Virus record (IMG/VR): IMGVR_UViG_3300006922_000005
From: a virus
Taxonomy: Duplodnaviria > Caudoviricetes
Length of the DNA stretch: 64,000 bases
Strand: one strand, 5' to 3'
The number at the start of each line of letters is the position of its first letter. The stretch's first letter is position 1. This document shows positions 58,601 to 64,000 of this stretch, piece after piece. The position numbers and the translations under genes are program-made. The notes beneath the pieces were generated by a model. It was not told the origin of the DNA. It searched no databases and worked only from the letters and a program-made list of their open reading frames with translations.

Positions 58601-58959
58601 TTGTTGTATTGTGATAGGTCAGTGTTAGCACTAATTGTAATATCACCTTCAGCATTTGAAGCAGTACTAATTACTCCACCGTCACCTAGTATACCTAAGT
58701 TCTCACCACCTTGTACAATTCTAACTGTACTATCATCTGCACGTAATTCAACTCTACCAATAGCACTAGCAACAATATCTTCTGCACTTTGTAGACTTAA
58801 TGTAACAGCATCTGAGTTTGAATCAACAGTAAAATTAACACCAGGGCCTCCAATTACCGTAAGTGTGTCATTGTCTGCGTCTGCAACTACTTGTCCTACG
58901 CTAGACCCACCTTTTTGAAAGGCCATTATACGGAATGAATCGATTACTTTTACTGACAT
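55672..58959 (-). CDS. Repetitive virion fibre-like structural protein (1095 aa)
   Basis: Repeated (G/R)ADDST(M/V)R...SDAEGNITI modules and GSVFADDST repeats. Confidence 0.75.
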   Translation of the reverse strand: MSVKVIDSFRIMAFQKGGSSVGQVVADADNDTLTVIGGPGVNFTVDSNSDAVTLSLQSAEDIVASAIGRVELRADDSTVRIVQGGENLGILGDGGVISTASNAEGDITISANTDLSQYNNATSAFITDVSGDDLGTLQNVNITSIADNELLQYDTSTGAWINQTITEAGFAAVATSGGYGDLTGRPNITFDGDMSGDTGGAIAANASTVTLTLDTVNSNVGTFNTVTVNAKGLVTSAVNTAFATVATSGDYADLTNKPSLAGTYKWNIADDASASYQVTTDTTIQVLGANSISTSVNTGTGALTITGPANVSDLTNDTGFITASSSDTLVNKSGNITQWTNNAGYVTLADIPNNFTLNVGADDSTMRDIKAGEGFKILGGTNITTASDAEGNITITGPTLTTYQQAIATAGNTGSGSIGVGDTFTVLGTTGQIKVDAAAFALSISLENLINTDLKGSVFADDSTLLVDGVSGSIPYSVLSGAPTAVSSFTNDSNFVSSGANITEFTNNAGYVTADQVGSTYNFRIGADDSTMRTISSGEDVKVIGGTAITTASDAEGNITITGVAQDFTWGSVTGTPTTLTGYGITDAYTQAQVDVKVAAVLDSAPEQLNTLNELAAALNDDGNFATTVTNRFANIENNLFSIGADDSTMRVVKQSENIKILGGTNLTTSSDAEGNITVNFVNPGYITSGLETGDNVSELVNDANYISQLFVTGDDSTVRTVVKDETIKFAGTGNITTTTDAEGNITIDGGNETITLFGDVTGTGTTSINVTLADSPIAPGTYNRITFDTKGIAQSGSLVDYLTDGSNISRLTNDAGYLTNEQAINFNIVGDDSTGFNMANQGTFQFLGTNGITVTAAQDQTTPTVTIDGTSFLQASDNISVLTNDSGYYKAGDSILGNFTGSVFSDNSTLVLDGLTGQLHGTLNGTLKGDVRGSVFADDSTMIIDGGTGKVATAQLDTYAEGLHDYTITGSSSGSLTTTTGFQKMSYTKIGNRCFISGKLQTSNGQALPSGDIRISLPFACADLTDQGGQTGFPIMLYNVSGFSGGVTVHAQIEESNSFFTIVTVDANGTDSTQSFSDISNSGMEILINGHYPV
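57272..57315. repeat. 44-nt exact direct repeat, copy 1
   Basis: cctgtaattgtaatattgccttcagcatcacttgctgttgtaat, identical to 57770..57813. Confidence 0.9.
57770..57813. repeat. 44-nt exact direct repeat, copy 2
   Basis: Identical to 57272..57315. Confidence 0.9.
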
Positions 58960-58994
58960 ATTTTATGGTTCTCCTTACTGTATTTACCGTTGAT

Positions 58995-59028
58995 AAAAGA
59001 ATAGGAGCATTGTTACCAACACTCCTAT
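58995..59028 (-). terminator. Intrinsic terminator downstream of tmRNA
   Basis: ATAGGAGTGTTG-GTAA-CAATGCTCCTAT followed by TCTTTT. Confidence 0.7.
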
Positions 59029-59154
59029 CTTTTAAATATACTGGTTTTATATGTTATGTCGCCTACGGCGTGGATAGAGTCCGTTCTATACTGTGTTCTT
59101 TTTGTTATAGTTAAAGGTGCTTTTGTATATACACTATTTATATTGCTCTCTATA

Positions 59155-59420
59155 GTATGCAACTTTTCTGTTGCCAGGTAAGTTGCCAACCCCTACGTGC
59201 CTAAACTAGGCCGCTAATGCCATTTCTGGCGCATAATTGTCATTTGCAATTATAAAGTTTCTTCGCGATAACCGTGCTTAGATCCGGATAACTCCACTAA
59301 CTCTATTAACTACCAGTCGATCCTATTTCGACCCCATCATAAGCACACTCGGTAAATGTGTTTATGGTGGAGTCGCCCGGTACCGCCCCGGGGTCCTGAA
59401 TAGCGTTTGAATTGCTTCAA
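59155..59420 (-). ncRNA. ssrA: Circularly permuted two-piece tmRNA; tag ANDNYAPEMALAA
   Basis: Acceptor piece ending CGACTCCACCA (59365), short intervening hairpin, GGGGTCGAAATAGGATCGAC (from 59335), G3-U70, tag 59247..59206; ends approximate. Confidence 0.93.
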
Positions 59421-59433
59421 CGTTACATATATA

Positions 59434-59462
59434 GTTATACTATCATTTTACCAAAAAGTCAA
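59434..59462 (-). promoter_or_regulatory. Sigma70-type promoter for ssrA
   Basis: TTGACT-17-TATAAC. Confidence 0.65.
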
Positions 59463-59546
59463 CCTTTTCTTCAGAATCTATTAGTTTGTTTCTATTACGT
59501 AATAACTAATGCTCAAGAAAATACTCAATATTAACAATGGAGAGTT

Positions 59547-59741
59547 ATGACAGATGATAGATCAGTTGACGCAACTTATGAAAACGAAGGTAGCGTTGTA
59601 ACAATTCCTTTAAAGGAATACGACAAACTTCGTGAACGACAAAAATACATTACAGATAAAAGCCTAATATCAGTTATCGATAAAATCGAAGAACTAGTTA
59701 GAGCCTTACGAAAACATATTGTAAGAACGGAGATAGAATAA
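59547..59741 (+). CDS. Hypothetical protein
   Basis: GGAG SD; coupled to next ORF. Confidence 0.6.
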   Translation: MTDDRSVDATYENEGSVVTIPLKEYDKLRERQKYITDKSLISVIDKIEELVRALRKHIVRTEIE

Positions 59742-59989
59742 TGGCCAAAATGAGAACATATACTTTCTACGACGGAGACAATGTAGAAACTAAAGAAGAA
59801 ATGAGTTATAGGAAAGCAGTACGCTCTTTCCAAGGTAGCACAAAAAGTAAATCAGTTAGAGTAGAATGGACAGCCAAAAAAGGCGGAACATACGAAATGA
59901 TACAATCATTACCATTAGGTAGAAAAATAAGACAGGCGGCAATATTAGAAAAGAAAAGAGCGGCCTTAAAAGCAAAGTTAGGAAAGTAA
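59741..59989 (+). CDS. Hypothetical basic protein
   Basis: TAATG coupling. Confidence 0.6.
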   Translation: MAKMRTYTFYDGDNVETKEEMSYRKAVRSFQGSTKSKSVRVEWTAKKGGTYEMIQSLPLGRKIRQAAILEKKRAALKAKLGK

Positions 59990-59990
59990 T

Positions 59991-60134
59991 ATGAAAATAC
60001 ATAAGTCATACGAAGGACATGTTTCACAACCTAAGAAAACAAGTCAAGCAGGTTCCAAAGCACGTTGCAAGTTTTCATCAATGAACAAATCTAAAAAACG
60101 TAGTCACAAGTTTTATAGAGGACAAGGAAAATAA
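59991..60134 (+). CDS. Small basic protein ending YRGQGK (47 aa), not in ORF track
   Basis: Fills gap exactly; TAATG coupling to next gene. Confidence 0.65.
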   Translation: MKIHKSYEGHVSQPKKTSQAGSKARCKFSSMNKSKKRSHKFYRGQGK

Positions 60135-60322
60135 TGGCTGGAATAAAAGCACGTGGAGTTATTACTAACCACTTAAAAAGATATCACAAAGAAAGAGAAA
60201 TTATACCTTGCAAATATATTGCTGATGGCAAAGGTAAAGGTATAATGGTTGCTCAATATAAAGATACTAGAGATTTAGTAGTTGATGATAAAGATGTTCC
60301 TATTGCTTGGGGTAGAGCCTAA
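60134..60322 (+). CDS. Hypothetical protein
   Basis: Coupled ORF. Confidence 0.6.
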   Translation: MAGIKARGVITNHLKRYHKEREIIPCKYIADGKGKGIMVAQYKDTRDLVVDDKDVPIAWGRA

Positions 60323-60609
60323 CCACCTGCAAAACAATTAGCACTACCAGCGGCAACTGATGTACACCCGGTGATGCTATCACCTATTCTTCCGCAACCT
60401 TTTCCATTAATAAAAACAGTAGTTGACCCAAGTGTTATCGGAGCCGCATGTGAAGGACATGGTACACCAGGTAATAAATGTCCTGTGTTAACATCATCTT
60501 TTCTTGATATTCCTATACCGTTTGCAAATACAGTACTACTTCCTACTGCTCTAGTCATTCCTGAACAGTGAGGTACATCTGCATCACCTATTCTAGTTAT
60601 TGCTGGCAT
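60319..60609 (-). CDS. PAAR-motif protein (gp5.4-like spike tip)
   Basis: MPAITRIGD, GSSTVFANG, His/Cys metal ligands, GSTTVFING..CGRIGD, GS.NCFAGG. Confidence 0.88.
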   Translation of the reverse strand: MPAITRIGDADVPHCSGMTRAVGSSTVFANGIGISRKDDVNTGHLLPGVPCPSHAAPITLGSTTVFINGKGCGRIGDSITGCTSVAAGSANCFAGG

Positions 60610-60799
60610 TACGTTCAATCTCCATAAGTTGTTCTAACCTAGCAGGCCATTGTTCTATTTCAGCGTGTTGTTCTTCTGTATGTGGGGCTTCAGGTATGTG
60701 TGGTACAAACTTAATTACATGATCAAATTTGCTAGGAACATCTTCCCATTTATCCACAGTTACCTGTTTGCCTTCAACTATAAATGTAAACTCGTGCAT
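60593..60799 (-). CDS. Hypothetical late protein
   Basis: TAAATA-N5-ATG; FDHVIKF.P...PH.EEQH. Confidence 0.65.
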   Translation of the reverse strand: MHEFTFIVEGKQVTVDKWEDVPSKFDHVIKFVPHIPEAPHTEEQHAEIEQWPARLEQLMEIERNASNN

Positions 60800-60812
60800 A
60801 CGAGTATTTATT

Positions 60813-61124
60813 TTACTTTACTTTGAGATTTGGTGGTGCAGTTACTATGCTTGATGTTTGTTGTTGATATAGTTCTGCAAACTGCTTAATAGTTTTAGTA
60901 ATAACCATTATGCTTTCTTTTTTAAACAAGTATCCTTTGTCAGGCTCACCTGTAAATAAGAACTGTTGTAACCCTAACCCTTGTCCATTCATTACAAGAG
61001 TAAGAGGAGTTTTAATCTTAAAACCCTTTTCATTTTCTTCTGTAAGTTTACCTACAATTTCTTCGCCGGAGTTAAGTTTAAAAGTAACTGTATCTCCAAC
61101 TTTATATGGTGCTTCTATTAACAT
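60813..61124 (-). CDS. Hypothetical protein, possible Sm-like beta fold
   Basis: VTFKLNSGEEIVGKL pattern; coupled to glutaredoxin. Confidence 0.6.
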   Translation of the reverse strand: MLIEAPYKVGDTVTFKLNSGEEIVGKLTEENEKGFKIKTPLTLVMNGQGLGLQQFLFTGEPDKGYLFKKESIMVITKTIKQFAELYQQQTSSIVTAPPNLKVK

Positions 61125-61375
61125 TATATTGTGTGTCCTGTTCCGTTATAACCTGTTTCATCAATGTAGTTTACAAGTTGATCGTAACCCCCAATAGTTT
61201 TTCCATTGATTTTGATTTGTGGTACAGTTCTTGCAGTTGGGAACCACTCCATTAATTCTTCTCTAGTGTAGTCAGTTCCTAGAGATTTATATGTATGTTC
61301 AAGTTGTCTTGTCTTGCACAGATTTACTGCTTTAACACAATACGGGCAACTTGGCTTTCCGAATATTTCGATCAT
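61124..61375 (-). CDS. grx: Glutaredoxin
   Basis: CPYC, TVPQI, IGGYD. Confidence 0.93.
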   Translation of the reverse strand: MIEIFGKPSCPYCVKAVNLCKTRQLEHTYKSLGTDYTREELMEWFPTARTVPQIKINGKTIGGYDQLVNYIDETGYNGTGHTI

Positions 61376-62505
61376 AGTTTGAAGTCCTTAAATGTATCTT
61401 TGTTAATGTCTTGTTTAACACCGCCAACGATATAACTTTCAACTTCTGTTTCTTGTGGGGCAACTTGTAGTCCTGCACTTGACAACCAATGTTGTGTCCA
61501 CGGTAGCGGATTAGTGTTTAATGGACGATCATATAACATATCAAGTCCTAGTGCTTTCAATCTTTTGTTAGCAATAAACTCAACATAAGCATGAAGAAGA
61601 TTAGCATTAAGTCCAATCATACTTCCGTCTTTGAATAAGTAGTCCGCCCAATTTTTTTCTTCTGCAACACATTCACGCCACAGGTCATAAACTTCATCTT
61701 TAAGTTCTTCTGCGATTTTAGCCATGTCTGGATCATCGTCACCTTTGGCCCAATGTTTAAGAATGTGTGTACTTAGGTTAAGGTGTGTTGCTTCATCTCT
61801 TGCAATAAGACTAATAATCTTAGCACTACCTTCCATCATTTTTAATTCACCAAATGCAAACGTACATGCAAATGAAACATAAAAACGTAAACCTTCTAAA
61901 ATGTTTACAGTCATCATTGCTTTGTATAATGCTTTCTTAACATCATACATAGTACCTTTGTTTTTATTAAAGTAATTGTTTGCAATGTCATTAAACTCGT
62001 CATAGTATTTTGTAACACTAATTGCACGTTCAATAATTTTTTCATCATCAAGAATAGTATCAAACACTTCACTAGGATTAGCATATACATTTTTTACAAT
62101 GTGTGTATATGAACGTGAATGAATTGTTTCAAAAAAGTCCCAAGCAATAATACAACCTTCTAGTTCTGGATTTGAACAGTAAGGTAAAAAACTTAGACAT
62201 GGTCCACGTCCTTGTACACTATCAAGTAGTGTTTGATATTTTAAATTACTTGTAAAGATATGCTTTTGTTCATCACGAAGTTGCTGATAGTCACCTCTAT
62301 CTTTTTGTAAACTAACTTCCTCTGGTCTCCAAAAATAACCAAGCATTGTTTGATTAAGTTTATCGTACTCAGGATATTTGAATACATCATATCTCTGTGT
62401 GTTTTGATCTGCTCCAAAGAACATATGCTCTTTTGTAAAATCAATCTTCTCTCGGTTAAAAACTGTCTTTGTCATCGCTTTAGTATTACCCTTCTTCCTC
62501 GTCAT
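61372..62505 (-). CDS. nrdB: Ribonucleotide reductase class Ia beta subunit (alternative start 62475)
   Basis: FWRPEE, ETIHSRSY, LEGLRFYVSF, RDEATH, VAPQETE. Confidence 0.96.
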   Translation of the reverse strand: MTRKKGNTKAMTKTVFNREKIDFTKEHMFFGADQNTQRYDVFKYPEYDKLNQTMLGYFWRPEEVSLQKDRGDYQQLRDEQKHIFTSNLKYQTLLDSVQGRGPCLSFLPYCSNPELEGCIIAWDFFETIHSRSYTHIVKNVYANPSEVFDTILDDEKIIERAISVTKYYDEFNDIANNYFNKNKGTMYDVKKALYKAMMTVNILEGLRFYVSFACTFAFGELKMMEGSAKIISLIARDEATHLNLSTHILKHWAKGDDDPDMAKIAEELKDEVYDLWRECVAEEKNWADYLFKDGSMIGLNANLLHAYVEFIANKRLKALGLDMLYDRPLNTNPLPWTQHWLSSAGLQVAPQETEVESYIVGGVKQDINKDTFKDFKL

Positions 62506-62511
62506 AAATCC

Positions 62512-64000
62512 TTAAATCGCACACGCATCACACATTTCATCATCTTGATCAACTGTCTGCGTATTACCGTTTTGGCCATTTGTATGACCGTTTGTACCAT
62601 TAATTATAGCACCATTTGTTTTGTTGTCAACCGCTTGTTGTTCCAATTGGTCAGCATCATCTTCAGCACCTTTAAAGTCATAAGTGTTTTGATAGTAACT
62701 TGTTTTCCAACCCATCTTATATGTTGTTAACATGTCTTTCATCATAATACTCATAGGCACTTCGTTGTTCTCATACTGTAATGGATTATATGACCAGTTA
62801 CCACTAATGGCTTGGTCGAAAAACTTTTGCATTACAGCGACGATATTTATGTAACCTTCGTTACCTTTCATGTCCCATAGTAGGGTATAAAAGTTCTTTA
62901 GTTGACTATACTGTGGTACAATCTGCTTAAGAGGCCCTTTTTTGCTCTTCTTAACGGACAAGTAACCTCTAGGTGGTTCAATTCCGTTGGTAGCGTTCGA
63001 CACAACGGAACTGCTCTCCGAAGGCATCTGTGCGGACAATGTTGAGTGCCGTAACCCGTGTTGCTTGATGCTCTTGCGTAAAGTAGTCCAATCATGATTA
63101 AGTTTCTTTCCAACGATGTCGTTGACTTCTTCTTTGTACGTGTCGATAGGCATAATGCCGTCTGAATATTTAGTACGGTTGAAGTACTCACAAGCACCAC
63201 GTTCTTCTGCTAACTTATTACTTGCTTTTAATAGATAATACTGGAAACTTTCAGTTAGGTCGTGTACAAGTTTCCATGCTTCTTTATCGGCATAGTTGAC
63301 TTTGTGTTTTGCTAGGTAATGTGCTAGGCCGATATAACCAATACCTAATGAGCGTCGAGCCTTTGTGCTGATCTCAGCGGCTTTTACAGGATATCCTTGA
63401 TACTCAATAATTTCCTCTAATGCTCGAACGGACAAATCACACAGTTCTTCAAGTTCTGAATTTTCTTTGTTTAATGTTAATGCACCTACGTTAATTGCAC
63501 TTAGAATACATAATGCAATTTCGCCTTCAGCATCATCAATATGTTGAATAGGTTTAGTAGGCAATGTAATTTCTTGACATAAGTTACTCATGTAAATAGG
63601 ATCTTTAAATGAACTATGTGTATTACAGTGATCAACATTCATAATATAGATACGTCCTGTTTCTGCACGTTCTTTTAATACTGATGAAAATAATTCATGT
63701 GCATCTATTTTCTTTTTACGAATAGATGTTTTACGTTCATACATTTCATATAGTTCTTTAAACTTATCATTATCGCCTGAATAAAATGCTTCATATAATC
63801 CTGGCACATCATGTGGCGAGAAAAGAGTTATGTCTCCACCGGACAATAACCTTTCATACATTAATTTGTTAAGTTGAATAGAATAATCTAACTTACGTAC
63901 TCTATTATCATCTGTACCTTTATTATTTTTTAGTACAAGGATGTCTTCAATTTCATAATGCCAAAGTGGGAAGTGTGTAGTTGCACTACCACCACGTACA
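62512..64000 (-). CDS. nrdA: Ribonucleotide reductase class Ia alpha subunit, 5'-truncated by window edge
   Basis: Frame open to window end; SNLCQEI, GIEP, KTSYYQN, C-terminal CDAC. Confidence 0.96.
   Translation of the reverse strand, partial: VRGGSATTHFPLWHYEIEDILVLKNNKGTDDNRVRKLDYSIQLNKLMYERLLSGGDITLFSPHDVPGLYEAFYSGDNDKFKELYEMYERKTSIRKKKIDAHELFSSVLKERAETGRIYIMNVDHCNTHSSFKDPIYMSNLCQEITLPTKPIQHIDDAEGEIALCILSAINVGALTLNKENSELEELCDLSVRALEEIIEYQGYPVKAAEISTKARRSLGIGYIGLAHYLAKHKVNYADKEAWKLVHDLTESFQYYLLKASNKLAEERGACEYFNRTKYSDGIMPIDTYKEEVNDIVGKKLNHDWTTLRKSIKQHGLRHSTLSAQMPSESSSVVSNATNGIEPPRGYLSVKKSKKGPLKQIVPQYSQLKNFYTLLWDMKGNEGYINIVAVMQKFFDQAISGNWSYNPLQYENNEVPMSIMMKDMLTTYKMGWKTSYYQNTYDFKGAEDDADQLEQQAVDNKTNGAIINGTNGHTNGQNGNTQTVDQDDEMCDACAI

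Noticed and set aside
60319-60609. PAAR gene as evidence of a type VI secretion system
   Set aside because: No other T6SS genes are present; it is better explained as a gp5.4-like phage spike tip.
1-64000. Bacterial chromosome or prophage interpretation
   Set aside because: Housekeeping-like genes lack their normal operon context (no tig/lon near clpPX, no other r-proteins). They are mixed with virion proteins and T4-type late promoters, and no integrase or att site is seen.
61372-64000. Introns, inteins or homing endonucleases in nrdAB
   Set aside because: Both frames are continuous and of normal length in the visible part.
1-64000. CRISPR array, rRNA, diversity-generating retroelement, or stop-codon reassignment
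   Set aside because: No spaced repeat array, rRNA-like sequence or reverse transcriptase. TAA, TAG and TGA all end well-supported genes, and no suppressor anticodon is present.

Overview
AT-rich segment of a large lytic phage genome, most likely a T4-like marine myovirus; almost all genes are on the minus strand. It is not a bacterial chromosome. Host-like genes (clpX, two clpP, clpS, rpsU, hemA, guaC, kdsA/B) occur without their usual chromosomal neighbours, interleaved with tail-fibre-type proteins, a PAAR protein, nrdAB, T4-type late promoters (TAAATA) and seven tRNAs. An alphaproteobacterial host is inferred from a circularly permuted two-piece tmRNA, a C4-pathway ALA synthase, a heme oxygenase plus PcyX-like bilin reductase, and a ROSE-like thermometer. 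Accessory modules cover curli (CsgF/G, curlins) with FecR and a CHASE2 adenylate cyclase, heme-to-bilin synthesis, Kdo/glycosylation, Clp proteolysis with tmRNA, and oxidative/UV stress. The most striking unannotated element is at about 35860-36193: a sigma70 promoter, a 21-aa leader peptide (MNTKYTNNYEWCGCEPPGSVL), and an antiterminator/terminator directly in front of tRNA-Trp and tRNA-Cys. This looks like a ribosome-stalling attenuator that switches on the tRNAs whose codons it senses. Also notable are tRNA-Ser(ACT), tRNA-Arg(GCG), and a recurring TAAATA-N5-ATG spacing that implies leaderless late mRNAs. Family assignments come from motif recognition by eye; no database searches or folding programs were run.
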